A stretch of DNA of 64,000 bases from Burkholderiales bacterium (GTDB taxonomy: Bacteria; Pseudomonadota; Gammaproteobacteria; Burkholderiales; JBDZVW01), in NCBI GenBank assembly GCA_035700525.1, contig DASSON010000187.1, positions 4-64,003 on the forward strand, written 5' to 3'. The notes beneath the pieces are model-generated. The model was not told the DNA's origin. It saw nothing but the letters and a program-made list of their open reading frames with translations, and made no database searches. A program made the position numbers and the translations under genes. Shown here in pieces: positions 18,559-28,456 of the stretch. The stretch's first letter is position 1; each line of letters opens with the position of its first letter.

Positions 18559-21354
18559 TCAGCCGCTGTTGCGCAGCCCTGCCGCAATGCCGTTGATCGT
18601 GATCAGCAGCGCGCGCCGCGTGCGGTTTTCGCTGTCGTCGGTACCGCTGCGGAAACGCCGCAACAATTCCACCTGGAGGTGATTCAGCGGATCAATGTAC
18701 GGCCCGCGATTACGCAGGCTGCGCGTGAGCGCCGGATTGTCTTCCAGCAATACCTGATGACCGGTGATGCTGAACAGGTGCTGCAGTGTCAGCCGATGCT
18801 CCTCGGTCAGTTTCGCAAAAATGTCGTCGCGTACCGCGGCGTCGGTCACCAGATCGGCATAGCGTGACGCGATGCCGAAATCGCACTTGGCGAGCACCAT
18901 ATCCATGTTGCTCAGCATCGCGCGAAAGAACGGCCAGCCGGCGTACATTTCACGCAACTGCTGCGGCCCGTGTGCTGCATGGTCCGCCAGCCACGCCGAC
19001 ACCGCGGAACCGAAGCCGTACCAGCCCGGCAGCATCATGCGCGACAGCGACCAGCTGAACACCCACGGAATCGCGCGCAGATCCTCGATGCGTCCGGATT
19101 GGGTGCGCGAGACCGGGCGGCTGCCGATGTTGAGCTGGCCGAGCTCGCGAATGGGAGTTGCATCGCGAAAAAACTCCAGAAAGCCGGGCGTGTCGTACAC
19201 CAATTCGCGGTACGCGTGATGAGCGGCGACACTGAGCTGCGCCATCGCCGTGCGCCATGCGTCCGGCACCGCCGCGTCGTCCGCATGCAGCAGGCTCGCT
19301 TCCATCGTCGCCGCCACCAGCGTTTCCAGATTGCGCTGGCCGATTTCCGGATTCGAATACTTGCTGGCGATCACCTCGCCCTGTTCGGTGACACGGATCA
19401 TGCCATTGTTGCTGCCGTGCGGCTGCGCCAGCACCGCATCGTAGCTGGGGCCGCCGCCACGGCCGACGGTGCCGCCGCGGCCGTGGAAGAAACGCAGCCG
19501 CACGCCATGATCGGCGAACACCCGAGTCAGCGCTTCCTCGGCGCAATAGAGCTCCCAGTTTGAGGTGACGTAGCCGCCATCCTTGTTGCTGTCGGAGTAG
19601 CCCAGCATCACTTCCTGGAGATCGCCGCGCTCGGCCAGCAGCTCACGGTAGAACGGTATGCGGAACAGCCGGTCCATCACCACCGCCGACTGGCGCAGCG
19701 CCGGGATGGTCTCGAACAGCGGCACCAGGTTCATCGCCAGCCGCGGCGTGCCGGCCGGCCGCAGCAGTCCCGCTTCGCGCAGCAGCAGCGCGATCTCCAA
19801 CAGGTCGCTCGCGCCATCGGCCATCGATACCACATAGTTCGGCAATGCGCGTGCGCCGAAGCGCTGATGAATCTCGCGCGCGGTATCGAGTATCGCCAGT
19901 TCCTTTACCGTCGACTCGTCGTACTCGACGTATGGCGAGCGCAGCAGGCGCGCACTGCCGAGCTCGTGCAGCAGAAACTCGATCTTCACATCCTCGTCGA
20001 GTTCCGCGTAACGCACGTCGCCGCCGCTGCGCGTGACGAGTTCCGCCACCAACCGTTCATGAACTGCACTGTGCTGGCGCAGATCGACGGACGCCAGATG
20101 GAAGCCGAACACTTCTGCGGCGCGCCGCAATTCATACAGCCGGCCGTCAGCGATGCGCGCGCCGTTGTGATCGCGCAGCGACCGGTCCAGCACGTCGAGA
20201 TCGGCGACGAATGCCTCGCTGCCGCGGTACGGCGGCGCGTCGGTGGCCGCCGGCGCGTGCGCTCCATTGTGAAATCCCAGCACTGCATGGGTCGCGGTCA
20301 GCCGCGCATGGATGCCGATCAGCGCGCGCCGGTACGGTTCGTCGCGGCGATGCTCGGACACCTCTCCGGCCGCCTGTGCCAGCGCTTCGAGCTCGGGCCC
20401 GACCGTGATGCGGCGCGTTGACATGCTCATTTCGAGTCCGAGATGACGCACCTCGTCGAAGTAGTGCTCGAACGCCAGCGCCGACTGCCGCTCGATCGCA
20501 TAGCGCAGCACGTCGGCCGAGACGTTCGGATTGCCGTCGCGGTCGCCGCCGATCCAGCTGCCCATGCGCAGGATCGTCGACACGCGGCTGGCATCCGGGT
20601 AGTGCGCAGCGATCTTGCGCTCCACGCGTGCATGCAGTCGCGGAATTTCGCGCAGGAACGTATAGCGGTAGTAGGACAGTCCGTTCTCGACTTCATCGTG
20701 CACCGCCAGGCGCACCGCCCGCAGCATTCTTGTCTGCCACAAGGTGAGCACCAGCTGCCGCAGGTGCGCGTCGCTTTCGATCAATTCTTCGGGCGTCAGC
20801 TGCATGCTGTCGCGCCGTGCCAGCTCGCGCGCGATCTGCATCTGCGAGTCGAGTACGCTCTTGCGCTGCACCTCGGTCGGATGGGCGGTCAATACCGGCA
20901 TGATCAGCGCGCCGTCGATGAACCGCATCAGCTCGGTCTGCGACACGCCGGCCGCCCGGATCCGCTCGAGCGCGCGGCCGACGCTGCCGGCCTGCGGCGG
21001 TGAGCCGACCAGCGCGTGCACGCGGCGGCGGCGGTTGTGATGCTGGTCCTCGGCGATGTTGCTGAGCTGTGAAAAATAGGCGAACGCGCGCACCACCGAC
21101 ATCACCGCGCCCGGCTCCAGCGCCGCCAGCGCCGTGCCCAGTTCGGCGCCCACCTCCGGTAACTGCTCGCGCCGGAACGCAATCGCGGTGCGGCGGATGC
21201 GCTCGACCAGATCGAACGTCGCGGCGCCCTCCTGTTCCCGCAGCGTATCGCCGAGCAGGCGGCCGAGCAGCCGGATGTCCTCACGCAGCGGCGCGTCCTT
21301 TTCCGCCGTCGCCGCGGGGGACTGCGGTTTCGTGTTTTCTCGCAGTGTCGTCAT
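18559..21354 (-). CDS. ppc: phosphoenolpyruvate carboxylase
   Basis: Inside ORF 18559..21444. ATG at 21354 (MTTLREN) overlaps the pgsA stop (TGATG). Motifs VLTAHPTE, GYSDSNKDGG, FHGRGGTVGRGGGP. Confidence 0.95.
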   Translation of the reverse strand: MTTLRENTKPQSPAATAEKDAPLREDIRLLGRLLGDTLREQEGAATFDLVERIRRTAIAFRREQLPEVGAELGTALAALEPGAVMSVVRAFAYFSQLSNIAEDQHHNRRRRVHALVGSPPQAGSVGRALERIRAAGVSQTELMRFIDGALIMPVLTAHPTEVQRKSVLDSQMQIARELARRDSMQLTPEELIESDAHLRQLVLTLWQTRMLRAVRLAVHDEVENGLSYYRYTFLREIPRLHARVERKIAAHYPDASRVSTILRMGSWIGGDRDGNPNVSADVLRYAIERQSALAFEHYFDEVRHLGLEMSMSTRRITVGPELEALAQAAGEVSEHRRDEPYRRALIGIHARLTATHAVLGFHNGAHAPAATDAPPYRGSEAFVADLDVLDRSLRDHNGARIADGRLYELRRAAEVFGFHLASVDLRQHSAVHERLVAELVTRSGGDVRYAELDEDVKIEFLLHELGSARLLRSPYVEYDESTVKELAILDTAREIHQRFGARALPNYVVSMADGASDLLEIALLLREAGLLRPAGTPRLAMNLVPLFETIPALRQSAVVMDRLFRIPFYRELLAERGDLQEVMLGYSDSNKDGGYVTSNWELYCAEEALTRVFADHGVRLRFFHGRGGTVGRGGGPSYDAVLAQPHGSNNGMIRVTEQGEVIASKYSNPEIGQRNLETLVAATMEASLLHADDAAVPDAWRTAMAQLSVAAHHAYRELVYDTPGFLEFFRDATPIRELGQLNIGSRPVSRTQSGRIEDLRAIPWVFSWSLSRMMLPGWYGFGSAVSAWLADHAAHGPQQLREMYAGWPFFRAMLSNMDMVLAKCDFGIASRYADLVTDAAVRDDIFAKLTEEHRLTLQHLFSITGHQVLLEDNPALTRSLRNRGPYIDPLNHLQVELLRRFRSGTDDSENRTRRALLITINGIAAGLRNSG

Positions 21355-21923
21355 CAGTTCTGTTTCCACGCCAGAGGCAAAGCCATCCGAAGATAGTATG
21401 CCATCGATATCAATGTCAATGCCGTGGCGATATAAATCAACCATGACCCGACGGCCGCGGTGTCGAAAGAGCCGATCGGGTCATAATAAAGCAGCAGCGG
21501 AATGGCGACCATTTGCGATGCCGTCTTCAGCTTGCCGATGAACGAGACGGCGACGCTTTTCGACTCCCCGATCCGCGCCATCCACTCCCGCAGCGCCGAA
21601 ATCGTGATCTCACGGCCAATGATGATCAGCGCAACGAACGCATCAATGCGCGACAACTGCACCAGGATGATCAGCGCCGCGGCGACCATCAGCTTGTCGG
21701 CAACCGGGTCGAGGAACGCGCCGAACGCCGACGTCTGGTTGAGGCGGCGCGCCAGCCAGCCGTCCAGCCAGTCGGTGACGGCGGCGAGCAGAAAAATGAG
21801 GGTGGCGACGAGGTTCTGGTCCGACAGCGGCACCCAGCTCTTTTCAAAATAGAATACGCCGACGAACAGCGGGATCAGGACGATCCGCAGCCAGGTCAGC
21901 GAGTTCGGCAGATTGAACAGCAC
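21354..21923 (-). CDS. pgsA: CDP-diacylglycerol--glycerol-3-phosphate 3-phosphatidyltransferase
   Basis: 189 aa with the CDP-alcohol phosphatidyltransferase motif DGWLARRLNQTSAFGAFLDPVADK. Confidence 0.9.
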   Translation of the reverse strand: MLFNLPNSLTWLRIVLIPLFVGVFYFEKSWVPLSDQNLVATLIFLLAAVTDWLDGWLARRLNQTSAFGAFLDPVADKLMVAAALIILVQLSRIDAFVALIIIGREITISALREWMARIGESKSVAVSFIGKLKTASQMVAIPLLLYYDPIGSFDTAAVGSWLIYIATALTLISMAYYLRMALPLAWKQN

Positions 21924-21992
21924 GCGGCACCATCAAGCGGCGGGGCCGGCCGCAGCGGCGGTGCTGTCGTGTGAAAGTGTCATGGTGCTCCC

Positions 21993-23819
21993 TTAATGCA
22001 GTTCGTGATAAATGCGTTCGGCAAGTTCGTGTGAAATGCCGTCAACCTGCGCCAGCTCGTCGATGCTCGCCGACAGCACGCCGCGCAGCCCGCCGAAGCG
22101 GGTCAGCAGCCGCTGGCGGCGCTTGGCGCCGACGCCGCTGACGTCCTCCAGCGACGAATGCGTGCGCGCCTTGCCGCGGCGCGCGCGGTGGCCCTGGATC
22201 GCGAAGCGGTGCGCTTCGTCCCGTATCTGCTGAATCAGGTGCAGGCCGGCATTGTCGGGCGGCAGCCGCAGCGGCTGCCCACGGCCCGGACGCAGCAGTT
22301 GCTCCAGTCCCGGCTTGCGCTCCTCCCCCTTCGCAATCGCGACCAGTGCCACGTCGTTCAACCCGATTTCGTTGAATACTTCGACGGCGACGTTGAGCTG
22401 CCCGCGACCGCCGTCAATCATCACCAGATCCGGCATTTTACCTTCGCCGGCAACGATCTTGCGATAACGCCGCGTCAGCACCTCGCGCATCGCGCCATAA
22501 TCGTCACCGGGCTGGATATCGCCGATGTTGTAACGGCGGTACTCGGCGTTGCGCAGCGCCGCGTTATCATACACGACGCACGACGCGACGGTGGCCTCGC
22601 CCATCGTATGGCTGATGTCGAAGCACTCGATGCGGCTGACCGTGTCCGGTAATTCCAGCGCCTGCTGCAGCGCGGTGATGCGCGCTTCCTGTGTCGCCTG
22701 CAATCCGAGCTGCTGGCTGGCGCCCAGCGCCGCATTGCGATCGGCCATCGTCAGCCAGGCGCGCCGTTCGCCGACCGGACGTGTGGCGATATGGACCTTG
22801 TGTCCGGACTGGCTGCTCAACAGCGCTTCAAGCGCCGGAACGTGCAACCCGACGCCGCACACGATCAATGGCGGCGCACTGCGCTCCAGGTAATGCTGCA
22901 TCAGGAACGCCTCGACCACGCTTTCCGGGCCCGACTCGTCGGCGTTGCGGGGAAAAAAATTCTTGTCACCGAGATGGCGGCCGCCGCGCACCATCACCAG
23001 ATTGACGCAGGCAATACCGGATTCCACCGCGCAGCCGATGACGTCCATGTCGAGATCCGATTCGCGATCGACGAACTGCTTTTCACGCACCTTGCGCAGC
23101 GCCGCCACCTGGTCACGATACAGCGCCGCGTCCTCGTAATTGGTCGCTGCAGCGGCGGCGTTCATGTGCGCAATCAGGCGTTCGATTACCTCATCGTCCT
23201 TGCCCTGCAGAAACAGTTCGGCCGCACGGACTTCCTCGGCATAGGCAGCGTCGCTGATCAGGCCGACACACGGCGCGCTGCAGCGCCGGATCTGGTACAG
23301 CAGACAGGGCCGCGAGCGGTTCGCGAACACGCTGTCCTCGCAGGTGCGCAGCCGGAACACCTTCTGCAGCAACTGGATGCTTTCGCGCACCGCGCCCGCA
23401 CTTGGAAACGGCCCGAAATAGTGGTGGCGCTTGTCGACGCCGCCGCGATAGAACCCGAGACGTGGATAGCGATGCTGAGACAGTACCAGGTATGGATACG
23501 ATTTATCGTCACGAAACAATATGTTGTAACGTGGAGCTAAATTTTTTATGAGGTTGTTTTCAAGCAGCAGCGCTTCCGCTTCGGAACGCGTCACGGTGAC
23601 CTCGATGCGCACGATCTGAGACACCATCAGCCGGATGCGCGGCGACAGTCCCGACGGCCGCTGGAAATACGACGACACACGCTTTCTGAGATCGATTGCC
23701 TTGCCGACGTAAAGCGCCTGCCCGGCTGCCCCGATCATGCGGTAAACACCGGGCAGATGAGGGATGCCCGCCAGGGTTTCCTCAACGTTGAAAGCGCTGA
23801 TCTCGAGGTCGGAGCTCAA
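21993..23819 (-). CDS. uvrC: excinuclease ABC subunit C
   Basis: 608 aa. GIY-YIG N-terminus ([19 protein letters not shown]), C-terminal HhH. TTG start overlaps the UDG stop. Confidence 0.95.
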   Translation of the reverse strand: MSSDLEISAFNVEETLAGIPHLPGVYRMIGAAGQALYVGKAIDLRKRVSSYFQRPSGLSPRIRLMVSQIVRIEVTVTRSEAEALLLENNLIKNLAPRYNILFRDDKSYPYLVLSQHRYPRLGFYRGGVDKRHHYFGPFPSAGAVRESIQLLQKVFRLRTCEDSVFANRSRPCLLYQIRRCSAPCVGLISDAAYAEEVRAAELFLQGKDDEVIERLIAHMNAAAAATNYEDAALYRDQVAALRKVREKQFVDRESDLDMDVIGCAVESGIACVNLVMVRGGRHLGDKNFFPRNADESGPESVVEAFLMQHYLERSAPPLIVCGVGLHVPALEALLSSQSGHKVHIATRPVGERRAWLTMADRNAALGASQQLGLQATQEARITALQQALELPDTVSRIECFDISHTMGEATVASCVVYDNAALRNAEYRRYNIGDIQPGDDYGAMREVLTRRYRKIVAGEGKMPDLVMIDGGRGQLNVAVEVFNEIGLNDVALVAIAKGEERKPGLEQLLRPGRGQPLRLPPDNAGLHLIQQIRDEAHRFAIQGHRARRGKARTHSSLEDVSGVGAKRRQRLLTRFGGLRGVLSASIDELAQVDGISHELAERIYHELH

Positions 23820-24487
23820 TCTTCGGCGGCAGGATTGCGAAGTCTGATGATGGTTTCGAAAACGGCAAAAAAGGCTTCGCGCGTCAGGCGTCTGGTCTGC
23901 GTATTATAGCGGCTGCAGTGGTAGCTATCATGCAGCGTGACGCCCTGCGGCAGACGGTGCACGGCGCCGTGCGCGAACGGATGATCGCGCAGCTTCAGCG
24001 CCAGCGCCGCCAGCACCGCCTGATGCGCGATGCGGCCCAGCGCGAGGATGGAACCATTCGCCGGCAATGCCGCGATTTCGCTCCGGAGATAGCCGTTGCA
24101 ACTGCGGACCTCTGCGGGCAGCGGCTTGTTCTGCGGCGGCAGGCATTTGACCGCATTGGTGATGCGGCAGCCGGTCAGCTCGAGGCCGTCGGCGGGATCC
24201 GTTGCCGCGGCCTGATTGGCAAAGCCGAAGCGGTGCAGCGCCTCGTAGAGCAGAATGCCCGCATAGTCACCGGTGAACGGCCGCCCGGTACGATTCGCGC
24301 CGTGCAAACCTGGCGCGAGACCGACGATCAGCAGCGGCGCATCAGGATCGCCGAATGGCGGCACCGGCGCCGCATGGTAGCCGGGGTGGTCGGCGCGCAC
24401 CGCATCAAGATGATGCGCCAGGCGCTCGCAGCGCCGGCAGCCTGCCGAATACCAGCCTTGCGGAATCGAAGAATCCGGGGGGAACAT
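23816..24487 (-). CDS. uracil-DNA glycosylase, family 4/5 type
   Basis: Inside ORF 23816..24535. ATG at 24487 (MFPPD). [19 protein letters not shown] motif and C-terminal HCSRYN. Confidence 0.8.
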   Translation of the reverse strand: MFPPDSSIPQGWYSAGCRRCERLAHHLDAVRADHPGYHAAPVPPFGDPDAPLLIVGLAPGLHGANRTGRPFTGDYAGILLYEALHRFGFANQAAATDPADGLELTGCRITNAVKCLPPQNKPLPAEVRSCNGYLRSEIAALPANGSILALGRIAHQAVLAALALKLRDHPFAHGAVHRLPQGVTLHDSYHCSRYNTQTRRLTREAFFAVFETIIRLRNPAAED

Positions 24488-24528
24488 GTAGTAGAATCGA
24501 CGCTTTTCTTCAAAAACAGAGTTTCGAC

Positions 24529-25095
24529 ATGGCAAAAGTTCTCGCGACGGAAATCCGCGCCGGCAATCTGATCGAATGGGACAAGCGGATATGGCGCGTG
24601 CTGAAAGCTTACCACGTGCACGTCGGCGGACGCGGCGGTGCCTTCATGCAGGTCGAAATGAAGGACATCGAGGGTGGCACGAAAAGCAATCAGCGTATCC
24701 GCACCGACGACAAGGTCGAGCGTGCGTTCGTCGAGCCGCGCAACATGCAGTACCTGTACAACGACGGCGACAGCTATGTATTCATGGATCAGGAAACCTT
24801 CGAGCAGCTGCACCTGCCGGCGGATTTCCTGGAAGGCCAGGCCGGTTATCTGACGCCGAATGCCGACGTGCAGGTGAACTTCCACAACGAGCGGCCGATC
24901 GGCGTGCAGCTGCCGAGCAGCGTGGTGCTGACGGTAGCGCAGACCGAACCCAATCTGAAAGGCGCGACTGCAACCGGCTCGTTCAAGCCCGCCACCACCG
25001 ACACCGGCCTCACCGTGCTGGTGCCGCAGTTCGTCGGTGAAGGCGAAAAGATCAAGGTCAACAGCGACACCGGCGAATATATCGAGCGGGCATGA
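24529..25095 (+). CDS. efp: elongation factor P
   Basis: Inside ORF 24355..25095. ATG at 24529. 188 aa collinear with EF-P (VERAFVE, YLYNDGDSYVFMD, TEPNLKGATA..FKPA, YIERA). Confidence 0.9.
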   Translation: MAKVLATEIRAGNLIEWDKRIWRVLKAYHVHVGGRGGAFMQVEMKDIEGGTKSNQRIRTDDKVERAFVEPRNMQYLYNDGDSYVFMDQETFEQLHLPADFLEGQAGYLTPNADVQVNFHNERPIGVQLPSSVVLTVAQTEPNLKGATATGSFKPATTDTGLTVLVPQFVGEGEKIKVNSDTGEYIERA

Positions 25096-25096
25096 A

Positions 25097-25198
25097 TCAG
25101 GATTGAGGATCGAGGGCTGAGGATCAAGGGAAAATTTCCGGCGCGCGAAGCGCGCCGCACACTTTAACTCAATCCTCCATCCTCAATCGTCGATCCTG
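25097..25198. repeat. palindromic intergenic element, family 1 (copy A)
   Basis: Purine-rich arm with two TGAGGA units 14 nt apart (25104, 25118). 25-nt core TTTCCGGCGCGCGAAGCGCGCCGCA (25135..25159) forms an 8-bp GC hairpin. The pyrimidine-rich arm pairs back (GATTGAGGAT 25101..25110 with ATCCTCAATC 25179..25188) and covers the stop codon of the CDF gene. Confidence 0.8.
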
Positions 25199-26124
25199 CC
25201 CTTCGGCCGAAACAGCTTGATCTCCGCCTTGCGCGGCGGTGTTTCCCAGCCGCTGGCTTCGGGCTGCAGCGTCACGTGCTCGATGCCGAAGCGTTCCTTC
25301 AGCAGCGTGCGCGCGAGCGGCAACGTCTGCGGCCAATGCCGGATGTCCGGCACTTCCAGATGCGCCGACAGCGCGACGTGGCCGGGCGTCAGATCCCAGA
25401 TGTGCAGATCATGCACGCGACTGACGCCGGACAGCTGCGCCAGCGCCTCTCCGACCTGGTTCAAATCAACCGCGCGCGGCACGCCCTCCATCAGCACGTG
25501 CATCACGTCGCGCAGCAGGCGCAGCGTAGACGCCAGAATCAGTGCGCCGATGACGAACGACAGGATCGGATCGATCGGCAGCCAGCCGGTGAAATAAACC
25601 ACCGCACCGGCGATCAGTGCCGCCAGCGAGCCGAGGATGTCTCCCAGCACGTGAATCAGTGCGGCGCGCATGTTGATCGACGGCTCGGCGCGCCCGATCA
25701 GGTAGGCAACTGCGAGATTCACCAGCAGGCCGATGAACGCGATTCCGATCACCTCGGTGCCGGCAACCGCGACCGGATGGCGCAACCGGCGCACCGCCTC
25801 GACCACGATGAAGACGATGATCACCAGCATCGCCATGCCGTTGATCAGTGCGGCAATCACCTCGGCGCGCACCAGCCCGTACGAATGGCGCTTGCCGACC
25901 GGCCGGCGCGCCAGACGCGACGCCACCAGTGCCAGTGTCAGCGCCAGTGCATCGGAAAACATGTGGCCGGAATCGCTGACCAGTGCCAGTGACCCCGCCC
26001 ACAGGCCGCCGAACAGCTCGACCAGCGCGTAGCCGATCAGCAACGCCAATGGCAGCGCCATGTCCGGCACACTGGCGGCATGGCCATGAGAATGGCCGTG
26101 ATGATGACCGTGGTCGTGGGCCAT
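25183..26124 (-). CDS. cation diffusion facilitator (CzcD/ZitB-type) metal efflux protein
   Basis: Inside ORF 25183..26184. ATG at 26124. His-rich N-terminus MAHDHGHHHGHSHGH, and SDSGHMFSD and HVLGD motifs. Confidence 0.85.
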   Translation of the reverse strand: MAHDHGHHHGHSHGHAASVPDMALPLALLIGYALVELFGGLWAGSLALVSDSGHMFSDALALTLALVASRLARRPVGKRHSYGLVRAEVIAALINGMAMLVIIVFIVVEAVRRLRHPVAVAGTEVIGIAFIGLLVNLAVAYLIGRAEPSINMRAALIHVLGDILGSLAALIAGAVVYFTGWLPIDPILSFVIGALILASTLRLLRDVMHVLMEGVPRAVDLNQVGEALAQLSGVSRVHDLHIWDLTPGHVALSAHLEVPDIRHWPQTLPLARTLLKERFGIEHVTLQPEASGWETPPRKAEIKLFRPKGRIDD

Positions 26125-26193
26125 TAGAACGGTCAGGAGGCGGCAGCCGTGCCCGCAATCGCCAACAATATCGAGCAACGGCACTCACGACTT

Positions 26194-26288
26194 TCCCCTT
26201 TGAAAAAGGGGGATTGAGGGGGATTTAAAGCATGTCCGGCAGGCAGACGCCGCAAATCCCCCCTGCCCCCCTTTTGCAAAGGGGGGGT
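26194..26288. repeat. palindromic intergenic element, family 1-related (copy B, three hairpins)
   Basis: Hairpins at 26195..26211 (CCCCTT/AAGGGG), 26218..26262 (GGGGGATTT/AAATCCCCC, 9 bp perfect) and 26266..26287 (C/T run versus A/G run). Shares the 8-mer GATTGAGG and a TCCGGC...GCCGCA centre with copies A and D. Confidence 0.7.
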
Positions 26289-26307
26289 CTCGACCGCGGC
26301 ATTTTCA

Positions 26308-27363
26308 TCACGTCGCTTCATGGCCTTCCGCGCCAGCGATGTCGCGCAACGCGGCCGCGTAGCGCGCATCCCGGCGCAGCGCCGCGAAACTGCGTAGCGT
26401 GCCGCGCCCGTGCATGCGCGCCAGTCGTGCCAGCGACGGCGCTGGCATCTCGTAATCGAGCCCGTCGAGCAGTTCGTCGACCGCCCCCGGGTTGTTGCAC
26501 ACCAGGACCAGGTCACAACCCGCTCCGAACGCGGCCTGTGCGCGCTGAATCACGCCGCCGGCGACCTTCGCGCCTTCCATGCTCAGATCATCGCTGAATA
26601 TCGCGCCATCGAAGCCGAACCGCCGCCGCAATATGTCTTTCAGCCACAAGGCCGAAAATCCGGCAGGCTGTGCATCAACCGCAGAAAAGACAATGTGCGC
26701 AGGCATGATACCGGCAAGTCCGTGATCGATCAGATGGCGGAACGGCAGCAGGTCGCTGCGCTCGATCGCATCCAGCGATCGCTCATCGACCGGTACTTCA
26801 AGATGCGAATCCGCGGCGACGTGACCATGCCCCGGAAAATGCTTGCCGACGGCCGCCATGCCGGCCTTCTTCATGCCGGCCGTCAGCGCTTGCGCAAGAT
26901 CCACGACTGCCTGCGGTTCCGCGTGGAACGCGCGATCGCCGATGATGCTGCTGCTGCCGTAATCGATGTCGAGCACCGGTGCGAAGCTCAGGTCGACGCC
27001 GCAGGCGAGCAGTTCCGCGGCCAGCACGTAGCCGGTCGCTTCGGCGGCGCGGCATGCGCGCGGCTGGCCCGCATCCCACAGATCGCCGAGACGCCGCATT
27101 GGCGGAATCGCGGTGAAGCCGTCACGGAAGCGCTGCACGCGGCCGCCCTCGTGGTCAACCGCGATCAGCAGCGCCGGGCGACGCAGATCATGAATCTCTG
27201 CGGTCAGTGCGGCGAGCTGATCGGGCGATTGATAATTACGTGTAAACAGAATGACACCACCGATCAGCGGGTGCGTCAGCCGCCGCCGGTCGTCGTCGGT
27301 CAGCGCCGGTCCGGCAATGTCGGCCACGACCGGTCCCAGTGAAAGGTTTCTGGGTGGATTCAC
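26308..27363 (-). CDS. nagZ: beta-N-acetylhexosaminidase
   Basis: 351 aa with GGVILFTRNY and IAVDHEGGRVQRF (GH3 NagZ pattern). Confidence 0.9.
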   Translation of the reverse strand: MNPPRNLSLGPVVADIAGPALTDDDRRRLTHPLIGGVILFTRNYQSPDQLAALTAEIHDLRRPALLIAVDHEGGRVQRFRDGFTAIPPMRRLGDLWDAGQPRACRAAEATGYVLAAELLACGVDLSFAPVLDIDYGSSSIIGDRAFHAEPQAVVDLAQALTAGMKKAGMAAVGKHFPGHGHVAADSHLEVPVDERSLDAIERSDLLPFRHLIDHGLAGIMPAHIVFSAVDAQPAGFSALWLKDILRRRFGFDGAIFSDDLSMEGAKVAGGVIQRAQAAFGAGCDLVLVCNNPGAVDELLDGLDYEMPAPSLARLARMHGRGTLRSFAALRRDARYAAALRDIAGAEGHEAT

Positions 27364-27737
27364 GATTCAAGTATTACACAAGCACAGGCAATGTTCTGCT
27401 CGTCGCTGATTGTCAGATGATGCGCGACGATGCCGCGCGCGGCAACGACGCGTTTCAGCGCGGCATTAAAGTCGAGGCCGGGCTTGCCGGCCGGATTCTG
27501 CGTGACGCTGATGCATTGCAGCGTCACCGGGTAACGGAATCCGGTGCCCATCGCCTTTGAAAAAGCCTCCTTCGCCGCAAAGCGATTGGCAAGGAACAGC
27601 ACCGGCCGCACGCTGCGCGCGTAGGCGTCACGCTCGCCGGGCGTCAATACGCGCCGCACGAAACGCTCGCCGTACTTCGCCAGCAGACGTTCGACGCGCT
27701 GCGGCTGAATCACGTCGATGCCGATGCCGTGAATCAC
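27360..27737 (-). CDS. acpS: holo-[acyl-carrier-protein] synthase
   Basis: 125 aa starting [11 protein letters not shown]. Overlaps neighbours by 4 nt on both sides. Confidence 0.9.
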   Translation of the reverse strand: MIHGIGIDVIQPQRVERLLAKYGERFVRRVLTPGERDAYARSVRPVLFLANRFAAKEAFSKAMGTGFRYPVTLQCISVTQNPAGKPGLDFNAALKRVVAARGIVAHHLTISDEQNIACACVILES

Positions 27738-28456
27738 CGCGCCCCCGCGATCAACGTTTTCATTTCGCGCACCGCCGATTGCCAGCCGACGAACACCGCG
27801 TGGGCGACGATCGCATGGCCGATGTTGAGCTCGCGCACTTGCGGCAGCGCCGCGATCGGCGACACGTTGTGGTAATTCAGGCCGTGGCCGGCGTTGACGT
27901 GAAGCCCCATCTGCGCTGCATGGGCGGCGGCGGCGCGCAGGCGTTCGAATTCGGTGGCACGCGCGGCATCGGTTTCGGCATCGGCATAGTGGCCGGTGTG
28001 AAGCTCGATCACCGGCGCACCGCTTTCGCGCGCGGCATCGACCTGCTCGCGCACGGCGTCGATGAACAATGACACCCGGATACCGGCGGCAGCGAGTTCG
28101 CGGCAGGCATCCTTCACGCGCGCGAAATGCGCGACGACGTCGAGTCCGCCTTCGGTAGTCAGTTCAGCGCGCTTTTCCGGCACCAGGCAGATGTCATGCG
28201 GCCGCACGCGCAGCGCGAACGCGACCATCGCGTCGGTGACCGCCGATTCGAGATTCATGCGCGTCTTCAGTGCGTCGCGCAGGATTTCGACGTCGCGGTC
28301 CTGGATATGGCGCCGGTCCTCGCGCAAGTGCAGCGTGATGGCGTCGGCGCCGGCAGTTTCCGCCGTCAGCGCGGCCTCGATCGGGCTCGGATAGCGGGTA
28401 CCGCGCGCCTGACGCAGCGTGGCCACGTGGTCGATGTTGACGCCGAGCAGTATCAT
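27734..28456 (-). CDS. pdxJ: pyridoxine 5'-phosphate synthase
   Basis: 240 aa with [16 protein letters not shown] and ELHTG. Confidence 0.95.
   Translation of the reverse strand: MILLGVNIDHVATLRQARGTRYPSPIEAALTAETAGADAITLHLREDRRHIQDRDVEILRDALKTRMNLESAVTDAMVAFALRVRPHDICLVPEKRAELTTEGGLDVVAHFARVKDACRELAAAGIRVSLFIDAVREQVDAARESGAPVIELHTGHYADAETDAARATEFERLRAAAAHAAQMGLHVNAGHGLNYHNVSPIAALPQVRELNIGHAIVAHAVFVGWQSAVREMKTLIAGAR

Noticed and set aside
24846-25160. Minus-strand ORFs starting MRRASRAGNF (24846..25160) and MMRRAARAGNF (31941..32342), which looked like a conserved small-protein N-terminus.
   Set aside because: The shared peptide is just the translation of the 25-nt palindromic repeat core. 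The rest of each ORF runs antisense through efp or lepB and shares no similarity.
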